Below are positions 9,307 through 19,106 of a stretch of 64,000 nucleotides of DNA, piece by piece. The stretch is from Candidatus Eiseniibacteriota bacterium (GTDB taxonomy: Bacteria; Eisenbacteria; RBG-16-71-46): assembly GCA_963744995.1 (NCBI GenBank), contig CAVUWA010000004.1:192001-256000 (forward strand). The letters are read 5' to 3'. The first letter of the stretch is position 1. Every line of letters begins with the position of its first letter. A program made the translations under genes and the position numbers. The notes under the pieces were generated by a model that did no database searches, had not been told where the DNA came from, and was given only the letters and a program-made list of their open reading frames with translations.

Positions 9307-12300
9307 ATGACCGAGAAGACCGAAACTCCGTCTGATCTCTCCGCGCCGTCGGCTTCAAGCATCCGGGACCGTATCACCGACCTCGCGCTCAGCGATCTCG
9401 TCGGACCGCTCGGTGGCGACGCGCAGGAGGAGCTCGACGGCTCCAACCGCCCAAGTCAGCGCTATGTCGTGGGTACTCTCGCACCCCTGCGCGAAGCGCT
9501 TGAGCCAGAGAAGGATGACGAGTTCACGGCCGCCGACGAAGAAGACGATGAGCAAGGCCCGAGCGACACGGGGGCCGCGGCTCGCGTAACGCTGTTGCCG
9601 TCCTCCTTTGGACTCACGTTTGCGGTGGAGCGTGCGTGTGCGGCTCTACAGGTCACAGTGCGGTGGGGGCGATACACGAAGGGTCCGAGCTCCTCGCAGG
9701 AGACCGAAACAGGGCGGCCCCGAACCGTATGGAAGCGCGAACCGTTTGAAGTGACGTCGCCGTCGCTAGAGCTGGTTGCGGGAGAGTTCGAGCCGTGGTC
9801 CCCGGACCCGGGCCGCCCCAAGATATCGGTCCAGGGTCGAGTTCGTGACCGCGACGACTTGTGGGTCATCACGTTGTTCCTCGTGAACGGGCAGGAGAAG
9901 CCGGAAGAGAATCGTGACGAGGCGTGGCTGTTCCAGTGCGGGTTCGACGTACAGGCAGCCGATGGCGGGTCCGTCTTTGTTCGACGTCCCCTGCCAGCTT
10001 TGGACCTGACACGCTCGGATCCGGCAGTGCGGGCCGAAGAAATGGAACTGGGGATGCTCTATCGCGACGAACTTGAGTTCGCGGTGGGACACGGTGTCAG
10101 TGCGGAGTGGGTGCTGGACCCCAGAGACGGTTCCCGCGCCGTGAGCGTGCGGACAGAGAGTGCCCCGCAGTATGACGTCCCGCGCATGGATGCGGTGACC
10201 GCGGATGACGAGCCGGAGCTCAAGGAGCTAGAGCTGGACATGCGGGTCATCTCCGGGCTGGCCGGGACCGAGCTTAGGAGCCGGCTGACTCCCCTCGCTG
10301 AAGCCTACGAGGGCTGGATCGCCCGCCAGCGCGATCGCGTAGCGCGCGGTGCAGACGGTCTGTCAGCGCATGCGGGAGTGGCGGGGGAAGCCCTCTCGCG
10401 GTGCGACATGTCGTTGGCGCGAATTCGCGAAGGGCTCGCACTTCTCGAACGCGACCCTCTGGCGGCCGAGGCGTTTCGCCTCGCCAACCGTGCGATGGCC
10501 CTTCAACGTGAACGCAGTCGAATCGGACAGGCTCGGCGGGAGGGGGACTCGTCAGAGGAGGCTGAGATTGCCGGGCGTGAACGCGACCGCTGGTACCCAT
10601 TCCAGCTCGCCTTCATGTTGCTGAACCTGCCGGCGCTCACGGACCTGCACCACCCGGATCGGAGTGATCCGCGCGATGCCGCTGGTGACCTGCTGTGGTT
10701 CCCGACCGGCGGTGGAAAGACGGAAGCATACCTGGGACTGTCGGCCTATACGATCGTGCTGCGGCGCCTGCAAGGCGAGATCGAGGGGCGTTCTGGCGAG
10801 CACGGCGTGGCTGTGCTCATGCGGTACACGCTCAGACTACTAACGGTGCAGCAGTTCCAGAGAGCCGCTGCCCTGATGTGCGCGCTCGAGTGGCTGCGCC
10901 GTGATCGCTCGGCCAAGGGCGATCTGAACCTTGGTGCTGAGCCGTTCAGGATCGGGTTGTGGGTAGGCATCAGCACGACGCCCAACAAGACGGAGTCGAG
11001 CCACCAGGCAGTGGCGCGGGCACGTCAGCAGACGGGGGACTATGCGGGCAGCCACCCATTGCAGCTGACGCGCTGTCCCTGGTGCGGTCAAGCGCTCTCG
11101 CTCAAGAGCAATGTCAACGTGGAGTTGTTTGAGCGCGGCCGTGCCCGAACTGTGATCGCATGTGGCGACGAGCGCGGAGCATGTCCGTTCACGCTTGCTC
11201 AGGCTCCCGGGGAAGGGCTGCCGGTGCTCACGGTGGACGAAGAGATCTATCGTCGTCTGCCAGCCCTGCTCATCGCCACGGTGGACAAGTTCGCGCGCAT
11301 GCCATGGGCCGGTGAGACCCAGATGCTCTTCGGGGGGGTCGATGGGCGATGCCCGAGGCACGGGTTCCGCTCACCCGAGATTGAAGATGCGGGCAACCAC
11401 AGGGCCGCGCCCGGTCTTCCCGCAGTGAGTACGCAACCACACGGATCTCTGAGGCCCCCGGACCTGATCATTCAGGACGAGCTTCACTTGATCAGTGGTC
11501 CGCTGGGGAGTCTCGTCGGGCTGTATGAAACAGCGCTCGATGAGCTTTGCACCTGGACTGTCGGAGGGCGGCGCGTGCGCCCGAAGCTGGTGGCTTCAAC
11601 CGCAACGATCCGCCGCGCGGATCAGCAGATGCGCGACCTCTTCATGCGCGGGCTCGTGGTCTTCCCGCCGCATGGACTCGACGCCTCGGACAACTTCTTT
11701 GCTCGGCGGCGCACCCCGAGCGATGAGTCCCCGGGGCGGCGCTACCTGGCTGTGTGCGCGCCCGGAAGACGAGTGAAGGGTACGTACATTCGGGCGTATC
11801 TCGCCGCGATGCTCGCGGCGCAGGCCGAGTACGACAAGTGGGATCACAAGGCCGATCCATGGATGACCCTCGTGGGCTACTTCAACACGATGCGTGACCT
11901 TGGCGGCATGCGACGAGTGGTCGAAGACGACGTGCGCGAGCGGCTCGACAAGGGCGTGCAACTCGGTTTCCAACGTCGGGGCCGGCCCGTCGTGCGCGAG
12001 CTGACATCTCGCCTGCCGTCGTCGCAGATCCCACGGGTGCTTGATCAGTTAGAGTTGGAGTTCTCGAAAGCATCGACAGAGGAACGCAAGAAGAAGCTCG
12101 AAGCAGGCGGGTACCCGCAGCCACCAGTTGATGTACTGCTCGCGACCAGCATGGTGTCCGTTGGCGTGGACGTGCAACGCCTGGGCCTCATGGTCGTGGC
12201 CGGGCAGCCCAAGACGACGTCAGAATACATCCAGGCCACGAGCCGTGTCGGACGCAAGTTCCCTGGGCTCGTCCTGGTCGCGCTCAACTGGGCTCGGCCG

Positions 12301-12819
12301 CGTGACCTCTCGCACTATGAGCGCTTCCGACACTTTCACGCGACCTTTTACCGCCACGTTGAGGCACTTTCTGTCACGCCGTTCGCTCCGCGGGCATTGG
12401 ATCGTGGCCTCTCAGGTGTCTTGGTCTCCCTTGTGCGTCTGACTGAGTCGAGGCTCAACGGAAACCACAGTGCCGAGGCATTCAAGCCAGACGACGCTCT
12501 CGTTCGCGCTGCAATAGAGACGATCCTCGCGCGCGTCGAGGCTGTTACGGGCGACCCGCAGCGCGTGGATGAGGTCCGGAGGCTCTTGAAGCGACGGGTG
12601 GATGTCTGGCACCAGCGCGCGCGCCGAGCAGCGCAAGGCAGCCGGCTTGGTTACGAAATGCGTCGCGATGGCAGCACGGCCGGGCTGCTGACTCCCGCCG
12701 AGGCGGGCTCGTGGGACACATTCACTTGCCTCTCATCCCTGCGCGACGTCGAGCCCTCGGTGAATCTTGTGTTTGACGACTACCGTATGGATGAGTTGCC
12801 CGAGACGGAGGCGCCATGA
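9307..12819 (+). CDS. drmA: DISARM helicase DrmA
   Basis: Motifs WFPTGGGKTEAY, MRYTLRLLT.QQFQR, CPWC, IIQDELH, STAT, SMVSVGVDV, QATSRVGR. Followed by DUF1998 and PLD genes. Confidence 0.92.
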   Translation: MTEKTETPSDLSAPSASSIRDRITDLALSDLVGPLGGDAQEELDGSNRPSQRYVVGTLAPLREALEPEKDDEFTAADEEDDEQGPSDTGAAARVTLLPSSFGLTFAVERACAALQVTVRWGRYTKGPSSSQETETGRPRTVWKREPFEVTSPSLELVAGEFEPWSPDPGRPKISVQGRVRDRDDLWVITLFLVNGQEKPEENRDEAWLFQCGFDVQAADGGSVFVRRPLPALDLTRSDPAVRAEEMELGMLYRDELEFAVGHGVSAEWVLDPRDGSRAVSVRTESAPQYDVPRMDAVTADDEPELKELELDMRVISGLAGTELRSRLTPLAEAYEGWIARQRDRVARGADGLSAHAGVAGEALSRCDMSLARIREGLALLERDPLAAEAFRLANRAMALQRERSRIGQARREGDSSEEAEIAGRERDRWYPFQLAFMLLNLPALTDLHHPDRSDPRDAAGDLLWFPTGGGKTEAYLGLSAYTIVLRRLQGEIEGRSGEHGVAVLMRYTLRLLTVQQFQRAAALMCALEWLRRDRSAKGDLNLGAEPFRIGLWVGISTTPNKTESSHQAVARARQQTGDYAGSHPLQLTRCPWCGQALSLKSNVNVELFERGRARTVIACGDERGACPFTLAQAPGEGLPVLTVDEEIYRRLPALLIATVDKFARMPWAGETQMLFGGVDGRCPRHGFRSPEIEDAGNHRAAPGLPAVSTQPHGSLRPPDLIIQDELHLISGPLGSLVGLYETALDELCTWTVGGRRVRPKLVASTATIRRADQQMRDLFMRGLVVFPPHGLDASDNFFARRRTPSDESPGRRYLAVCAPGRRVKGTYIRAYLAAMLAAQAEYDKWDHKADPWMTLVGYFNTMRDLGGMRRVVEDDVRERLDKGVQLGFQRRGRPVVRELTSRLPSSQIPRVLDQLELEFSKASTEERKKKLEAGGYPQPPVDVLLATSMVSVGVDVQRLGLMVVAGQPKTTSEYIQATSRVGRKFPGLVLVALNWARPRDLSHYERFRHFHATFYRHVEALSVTPFAPRALDRGLSGVLVSLVRLTESRLNGNHSAEAFKPDDALVRAAIETILARVEAVTGDPQRVDEVRRLLKRRVDVWHQRARRAAQGSRLGYEMRRDGSTAGLLTPAEAGSWDTFTCLSSLRDVEPSVNLVFDDYRMDELPETEAP

Positions 12820-14702
12820 GCGAGTCCGTCGCGCCTCCGGCCCGTGACCAGCGCATTAAGCTCGGCGAGCTGCGCCCGAGTCAACTGCTCTTCGCATTCG
12901 GAGTGGGCGCCATCGTGGATCTCCCGCATCTTTCCGTGATGGTCATGGGTCTCGACGATTGGGACGTGACTCGCACGACGCTCGTGACTGAGCCGCGACT
13001 TCTCGATGCCGTCCGCCAGCAGCTTGGCTCGCAGGTTCGCGAGCTGCGCCTGCCCCCGCGACCAAGTCATACCCCAATCGTCGACGATGCTCGCAGCGAA
13101 GAAGCGCGAATCGGAGTTCCCGTTGCGACCTTTCCACGATGGCTGGTCTGCACTCGTTGCCGAAAGCTTGCCTCGCTGGGGTCGGGGCTGTTCCGACTCG
13201 ATCCCGATCAGTATCGGCCTGACCGCACGCGCTACGTTCATGAGAACTGCAGTGCGACTGGCCGGTCGAAGGCGGAGGTGCTGCCGGTCCGCTTCCTCAT
13301 GGCGTGCGAGCGTGGGCATCTGGACGACTTCCCCTGGATGCGCTTCGTTCACTACGGAGAGACGGACTGCCGCGGTGACCTGTTCCTGCGTGTGCGCGAT
13401 GCTTCCGGTGAGGCCGCGGGGCTTCTTGTGAGTTGTCGTCGCTGCGGCAAGAACCGCGTCATGGCACAAGCTTTTGGAGACGATGCTGCCGACGCCCTGG
13501 GGGCGTGCAGCGCACGGCGACCACAGCTGCGTGATCACGACCCGGAACCTTGCACCGAGACGCCCCGCACCATTCTGCTGGGAGCGTCGAACGTCTGGTT
13601 CCCGAAAGCGCTTTCTGCGCTCTCCATTCCGACAAAGAGTGATCCCCTTGAGGTCGCGGTCGAATCGCGCTGGGCAGAGTTGGCTGGATTGCCCTCGCGC
13701 GATGGTGTCACGACGCTTCGGTTGATAGGCAGACTTCAGGATCTCTCCGAGTGGAGTGACGACCAGGTCTGGGCTGCGATCGAGGCGCATCGGGCAGGAG
13801 CCGATGCTACTCCGCAAGCAACCTCTTCGCTTCGGCTTCCCGAGTGGGATGCGTTCACGAACGAGGCATCGCCAAGACACTCACCCGACTTCCAGCTGAG
13901 GCCCGTGGACGCTCCGGCCGGTTTCGAGACCACGGTCAAACGCGTCGTGCTGGTTGAACGCCTGCGGGAAGTGCGCGCGCTCATGGGCTTCACTCGAATC
14001 TCGCCCCTCGGAGACTTCGGGGACTCAACCGCTGATCAGGGGAGTCCTCTCGCTCCGCTCACAAGGCGGGCCCCGGAGTGGGCTGTGGCCAGCGAGGTAC
14101 GAGGAGAAGGGCTGTTCGTTGAGCTTGCCGAGCCGGCGATTGAAACATGGCTTGCGAGCTCTGGAGCCAAGGAACGCCTGGGTGTCATGCTTGACGCGCA
14201 CCGAGCCCATCGTGAGCGATACCAGCTCACCCCAGTCGATGCTGGATTCCCAGGGCTGCGTTTCATGCTCTTGCACTCGCTGGCTCACGCTTTGATGCGT
14301 CAACTATCGGTTGAATGCGGCTACACCCTCGCGAGCATCCGCGAGCGTATCTATGCGCGCGATGCCGACGAGCACGGCCCGGCCATGGCGGGGTTGCTCC
14401 TCTACACGGCAGCTCCGGACAGCGAGGGCACGCTCGGGGGCCTCGTACGTCTCGGGGAGCCGCAGCAGTTCGGTCGATTGCTCGGGGCCTGCCTGCACGA
14501 GGCAGAGATGTGTTCGTCGGATCCACTCTGCGCTGAGCACGATTCCTCTGGATCAGGGCACGATCTTCACGCAGCGGCGTGTCATGCGTGCCTGTTCGTG
14601 CCCGAAACGAGCTGCGAGCGCTCGAACCGGTACCTTGATCGCGCCGTGCTGGCACCGGTCTTCGGGCATGAGCAAGGTGCGTTCTTCGAGCACCGTACGT
14701 GA
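12816..14702 (+). CDS. drmB: DISARM DUF1998 protein DrmB
   Basis: N-terminal RPSQLLFAFGVGAIVDLP. C-terminal LLHSLAHALMRQL..ECGY, SEGTLGGL, CSSDPLC and ACHAC..PETSCE (DUF1998 Zn motif). ATGA overlap with drmA. Confidence 0.92.
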   Translation: MSESVAPPARDQRIKLGELRPSQLLFAFGVGAIVDLPHLSVMVMGLDDWDVTRTTLVTEPRLLDAVRQQLGSQVRELRLPPRPSHTPIVDDARSEEARIGVPVATFPRWLVCTRCRKLASLGSGLFRLDPDQYRPDRTRYVHENCSATGRSKAEVLPVRFLMACERGHLDDFPWMRFVHYGETDCRGDLFLRVRDASGEAAGLLVSCRRCGKNRVMAQAFGDDAADALGACSARRPQLRDHDPEPCTETPRTILLGASNVWFPKALSALSIPTKSDPLEVAVESRWAELAGLPSRDGVTTLRLIGRLQDLSEWSDDQVWAAIEAHRAGADATPQATSSLRLPEWDAFTNEASPRHSPDFQLRPVDAPAGFETTVKRVVLVERLREVRALMGFTRISPLGDFGDSTADQGSPLAPLTRRAPEWAVASEVRGEGLFVELAEPAIETWLASSGAKERLGVMLDAHRAHRERYQLTPVDAGFPGLRFMLLHSLAHALMRQLSVECGYTLASIRERIYARDADEHGPAMAGLLLYTAAPDSEGTLGGLVRLGEPQQFGRLLGACLHEAEMCSSDPLCAEHDSSGSGHDLHAAACHACLFVPETSCERSNRYLDRAVLAPVFGHEQGAFFEHRT

Positions 14703-15505
14703 GTGCGCCGGCACTAAGCCGCCTGCATGACGCCATTGGGGCGTTCGGGTGGCGGGTGAGTCCGACGAGTGTCAGACAGCTCGCAGAGGACCTCCTGGCC
14801 GAATCGGAATTGGGCGAGGAGGTCATTTCCAGAGTCACAGCGCGCATGTCTGATCCTTCGTCGCGAGGGGAGGCCGTTCGGCTGATTGAGCAGTGGCGCG
14901 CCGCGACAGCGGGGGCGCCGCAGTCACTCGCTTGGGCAATGCTTGGGTCCAGCGCAGCGGCTCGATCACGCGATCGTGAGGAGCGAACAGAGCTCGTCTG
15001 GAGTGGGCCGGCGCCGGACGGAACAGGCATGCGCCGGACCGACGAGGCGTTGCTGGAGGTCGTGCGCGAGGCTCGTAGGGTGCTTACCCTGGTGACGTTT
15101 GCTGCGTACCGGGTTCCGGAGGTGCGGGACGCGCTAGCTGGCGCTATTGACCGCCGAGTTGACGTGCGTTTCATCGGCGAGACGGAAGAGGCAAGCGACG
15201 GTCGGTTGCGGTTTGACGCCGTCCACGCGCTGGGACGCGATCTGGCTGCCCAGGTGCGACTCTACGAGTGGCCGCATGCGCAGAGGCCTCGCGGCGTTCG
15301 CGGGCGGACGGGATCTCTCCACGCCAAGTGTGCGCTTGCCGATACGACCGTGCTGTTCGTTTCGAGTGCGAACCTCACGGAAGCTGCGCTCGACGCCAAC
15401 ATGGAGATGGGCGTTCTCCTGCGGGGAGGGGCGCTGCCGCTTGCCGCGTCGCGGCATTTCGAGCGACTCATGGCCTCCAACGTCTTGAAGGAGGTTCGAG
15501 CGTGA
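14699..15505 (+). CDS. drmC: DISARM phospholipase D-like nuclease DrmC
   Basis: ELVWSGP, a single HKD motif LHAKCALAD, and SSANLT..A...N.E.G. GTGA overlap with drmB. Confidence 0.9.
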   Translation: MSAPALSRLHDAIGAFGWRVSPTSVRQLAEDLLAESELGEEVISRVTARMSDPSSRGEAVRLIEQWRAATAGAPQSLAWAMLGSSAAARSRDREERTELVWSGPAPDGTGMRRTDEALLEVVREARRVLTLVTFAAYRVPEVRDALAGAIDRRVDVRFIGETEEASDGRLRFDAVHALGRDLAAQVRLYEWPHAQRPRGVRGRTGSLHAKCALADTTVLFVSSANLTEAALDANMEMGVLLRGGALPLAASRHFERLMASNVLKEVRA

Positions 15506-15633
15506 GGGTCATGGTTCCGTGACGATCATCGGTCCAGTCTGGGCGGGGTGGGCGCCCAAGGTGCTGCGAGTTGCGTGTCAAACCGAGGGCTTCCAGCAAA
15601 TGCCGTCCATTCGTCATCATCATGAGGCAATGA

Positions 15634-16518
15634 TTGGCCGACTTATCGGTTCACGTCGGTAATTTTCTCGGAGTTGGCGAGGAATTCGAGACGAGTCCGT
15701 CCGGAGCGAGTCGAACGCTCATTCGGGTTCGCCTGGGTGGCCGACGCCTTGAGATTCACCAAGATCCGAACGTGGTCCTCTCCGGCAATGGCCAGAAGTA
15801 CCGGGGGTGGTTCGTCCCGACCACAAGGATCGTCGTGAAGGGAGTTGCGCTCAAACAGCAAGACGTAGTTCTGCGCGTGATCCAGGATGCTTGTTGGCTA
15901 TTGTCGCTAGCCTCGATGTCGCGAGTTGTTCCGTACCAACTCGATTGCCCGCCAGGAAAGATGATCCGCGGCTGGAGTGTGATTGGTAGCGTCGGCCAGA
16001 GTTGGTGCCTAATCGACATTGACGATGGAGCGCATGTCCGGCACTTCCTCGAGCAGACGTTCCCCCGGTTTCGGCGCCTGCGTGATAAACGACGCATCAT
16101 CGCCTGCATCGACACGCTCCTTCACGCCGAGGCTGGCATTGCACCGGTCGAGCTGCGCATGCTGGCAGCGTATCTCACCTTGGAAATGCTCAAGGAAACG
16201 TGGGCCAGGCGTAAGGGGATCAAGTACTCGAAAGGTTCGTTCTGGAGGACTGGGCCGAGGGGAAAGCCAATGCGGTACGGATTCGAGGAGCTACTCAGGG
16301 ATATGTGCGCCGAAGTGGGCATGAGGCCATCTCTGAAACGCCTCGTGCAGTATCGGAATGCACTTGTTCACTCAGGAGGATTGCGGCTTGCAAATCGCAC
16401 AAAGGACCGCGCCTATGGGGCCGCGCAGCAGCTTGCGAGGGAGTACCTGCTGCGGCTGCTCGGTTATCGGGGCCCGTATGTTGTCTTCGGCGCCATGAGG
16501 ATGAAGACCCTTCGCTAG
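15634..16518 (+). CDS. HEPN-domain (ApeA-like) putative RNase
   Basis: C-terminal helical region with an upstream Glu (LTLEML) and an RX4H motif (RNALVH). Lies in a defence island. Start codon uncertain. Confidence 0.6.
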   Translation: MADLSVHVGNFLGVGEEFETSPSGASRTLIRVRLGGRRLEIHQDPNVVLSGNGQKYRGWFVPTTRIVVKGVALKQQDVVLRVIQDACWLLSLASMSRVVPYQLDCPPGKMIRGWSVIGSVGQSWCLIDIDDGAHVRHFLEQTFPRFRRLRDKRRIIACIDTLLHAEAGIAPVELRMLAAYLTLEMLKETWARRKGIKYSKGSFWRTGPRGKPMRYGFEELLRDMCAEVGMRPSLKRLVQYRNALVHSGGLRLANRTKDRAYGAAQQLAREYLLRLLGYRGPYVVFGAMRMKTLR

Positions 16519-16775
16519 TCTGATGTGCTCGAGGGCTCGGGCCGTGCACCGATTGGGGACGGACGACCAGTGGTGGATGAGACGTTGGAGGAGCTGGGCT
16601 TCGAGCGCAGGGGGGTAGGATCCTGGGGCGAATGCAGGGCCGGCTGAGCTAGTTGTTTCCAGCGATAGAGAGGGAACGTGCGGCTGGGGTCCGGGTCATC
16701 GGAGCTTTGAGGTGGGGGCGCTGCCTGATACCCTGGCAGAACTGTCCCTTTGAAGTGGGCATGGAGGATGCCGCC

Positions 16776-17309
16776 ATGGGTTTTGACCGAGAGCGATTCA
16801 AAACACTTGTACACTACGTGTGCTACCGCTGCGGTGATCCGCAGAGGCTGGGCAAGGTCAAGCTCAACAAGATCTTGTGGTTCTCCGACATGATCACGTT
16901 CGAGCGCACCGGTAAGGCACTCACTGGAGAGAGCTACGTGAAGCTCCAGTTCGGGCCGGTACCGCGACACATCGACGACGCGGTCCAGGAACTCTCGGAA
17001 CGAGGTCTGCTTTCGGTCCGGAGGCCCGAGATGCAGTACGAGCCAACGCTCTTCTTCGCGGCCGAAAGGCCGGCCCTCAAAGACTTCTCCGCCGAAGAGA
17101 TCAGTCTAGTGGATGCGCTCTTGGAAGAGATTTGCCAGAATCACACAGCGACATCTATCAGCAGGGTGACGCACGATGCAATCTACGATCTGGCTGAGAT
17201 GGGCGAGGAGATTCCATATGAGGCATTCCTCGCCTCGCAGTTGGGGGAAATCACGGAACAGGATCTCCGGTGGGCCCAGGGGGAGCTGATCGATGCCGGA
17301 GACCGCTGA
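16776..17309 (+). CDS. Panacea (DUF4065/SocA/GepA) domain antitoxin
   Basis: KLNKILWFSD...GKALTGESYVKLQFGPVP and S..TH signature. GGAGGA RBS before ATG 16776. Confidence 0.82.
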   Translation: MGFDRERFKTLVHYVCYRCGDPQRLGKVKLNKILWFSDMITFERTGKALTGESYVKLQFGPVPRHIDDAVQELSERGLLSVRRPEMQYEPTLFFAAERPALKDFSAEEISLVDALLEEICQNHTATSISRVTHDAIYDLAEMGEEIPYEAFLASQLGEITEQDLRWAQGELIDAGDR

Positions 17310-17619
17310 GGGTACTCGTGAGCCCTTCGAGGTCGAGCTATCTCCACCTTGCGCGATAGAGCTCGAGGCTAGGTGCGACGAAATTACCCGCGCGCGACAC
17401 GTTTACGATGGCCTGATCTGGCGTATCGCGCGTGACCCGAGGTGTGGGGCCCTACTGCCCCTGCGCGATCCGAAGCACCCTGATGCGGAGTTGCGTATGG
17501 CGAAGACTAGGATGACGCCAAATCTCCCCATAGTCTGCCTGATCTACCGTGTTCAGGAGCGGCGGGTTACGATTCTGCGCCTGCGTGTCTCCAAGCCGGG
17601 CCACGATCCGATCCTCTAG
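17293..17619 (+). CDS. RelE/ParE-like toxin
   Basis: 108 aa, overlaps the Panacea gene. N-terminal FEVELSP, central DP..G and C-terminal LIYRVQERRVTILRL fit the RelE-fold pattern. Confidence 0.6.
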   Translation: MPETAEGTREPFEVELSPPCAIELEARCDEITRARHVYDGLIWRIARDPRCGALLPLRDPKHPDAELRMAKTRMTPNLPIVCLIYRVQERRVTILRLRVSKPGHDPIL

Positions 17620-17665
17620 CCTCTGCGAGAAGGCTCATCTGCCGACAAGTTGGCCGTCGGCCGCA

Positions 17666-19015
17666 TCAGGATTCTGGAACTGACCGGCCCAGTCTTCGGG
17701 CAGCCGTGGAGTGAGGTCTGCGCCTGACGGGGCCCTTCGCTCTCCCAGCGCGCTGCTGCATCGACGCCAAATCACTCCCCGGGCCGTCCGTGAAGAAGAA
17801 CGACGGCGCGTCCGGGCGGTGCGCCAATGCTCGCTCCACGCCTTCGAGGCTGTACCGCCCACCATGCGGATGCATCCCCAGCAGGAAGACGCGCGCCGCG
17901 GTGGCCGCGTAGTCGTCACGCATCTTGCTCGCGTAGCGGTAGCGGCGCATGGGCTTTCTTCTGTTCCATTGCCGCAGGAGGCGTGGCCAGTCGGGGGGCA
18001 CACCGCTTCGCGCGATCTGCTCGCCAACGAAGTCCAATAAGGAGAGGTTGCCGTTTTCGATCGGCCGTCGAACCGGACAGCCGGTCATGCGCCTCTGCTC
18101 GGCGGCGTAGGCCGCCGCGACCGCGTCGGGCGAGACGTGAGGGAGCGCCTTCACCGTAATCCACGCCTGCGTGGCGACACACTCTGGCTCAGGATCGTGG
18201 GCAGCAACCCGCGCACTCGATCCAGGGCTCAGCCCAAAGAACGTCGACCTCCCGACGGTGAGCGATTCGAGAGTTGGGACTTCGCCCGTAAGCAGGAACC
18301 AAATTGCCTCAGCGTTTGACCAGCCATATTCGCTACCAGTGATCGAGGCGTTGCCGTCCACGCTTGCCAGAAACGAGCGGGGCTCGACGCTCACGGCAAG
18401 CTTGTGACCTGGTAGTTGGCGCGGCTTCGCCCCCGCCGTTCGCGGTGCGATCCACGCCACCGAGGTCTTGCGCCACTTCACGCTGACCCTCATGAACTCC
18501 AACACGTCCCGCCCGTCACCTGGCGCCTCCAGCCTAACGGTGGAGGTGTGGGTACCGTCGAGCGGGACGCCACTCTCCCGGAGCTCGTCCCAACTGAGAT
18601 AGCGGAGGGCCACGGAGGTCAGGAGCTTTCGAGCTTTGCTCGGGGACAGCGTTCCGGCGGGATTCCCCGTGAGAGTTCGGCGAAACATCCTGACTCCCAG
18701 GTCTGCCGCCGCGAGGCGAGCGACGTGCCGAGCGAAGACCCGGGCGCGCTCGCGCTCAAGCGAGGTCCCTCCGACAGCGCGCGAAACCGCCACGGCCCGG
18801 CCAGGTTGACTTCGCGGTGTCGGTGGGGCCAGGGCGGTCTCGTCGAGCGCCACGGCCTCGTCGTGGTCCAGAACACTGCCTTGATCAAACGCATTCAAGA
18901 GTGCGTCCACGTTCTCCTCGTTCACATGCTCGCCGGCGTGTTCGAGAAACGCCCTTGCGCCCCGCCCGAGGTCGCGGCCTTCGATCAGCGTGCGCAACTT
19001 TGGGTGCATTGCCAT
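17666..19015 (-). CDS. Hypothetical protein, candidate element regulator
   Basis: 449-aa ORF with a GGAGG RBS, divergent from the xis-primase operon. Basic helical C-terminus (WPRLLRQWNRRKP..RY). Confidence 0.6.
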   Translation of the reverse strand: MAMHPKLRTLIEGRDLGRGARAFLEHAGEHVNEENVDALLNAFDQGSVLDHDEAVALDETALAPPTPRSQPGRAVAVSRAVGGTSLERERARVFARHVARLAAADLGVRMFRRTLTGNPAGTLSPSKARKLLTSVALRYLSWDELRESGVPLDGTHTSTVRLEAPGDGRDVLEFMRVSVKWRKTSVAWIAPRTAGAKPRQLPGHKLAVSVEPRSFLASVDGNASITGSEYGWSNAEAIWFLLTGEVPTLESLTVGRSTFFGLSPGSSARVAAHDPEPECVATQAWITVKALPHVSPDAVAAAYAAEQRRMTGCPVRRPIENGNLSLLDFVGEQIARSGVPPDWPRLLRQWNRRKPMRRYRYASKMRDDYAATAARVFLLGMHPHGGRYSLEGVERALAHRPDAPSFFFTDGPGSDLASMQQRAGRAKGPVRRRPHSTAARRLGRSVPES

Positions 19016-19106
19016 GCCACCTCCAGCGTGTTCCGATAATTAGCTTGAATATATGGCAGGCTAAGCTGCGCGTCGCCAGTTGGCAACCGGAGATCGGAGG
19101 CGAGGG
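19016..19106. promoter_or_regulatory. Divergent promoter region of the element core
   Basis: AT-rich patch GATAATTAGCTTGAATATAT and palindrome GCCAGTTGGC between divergent genes. Confidence 0.35.
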
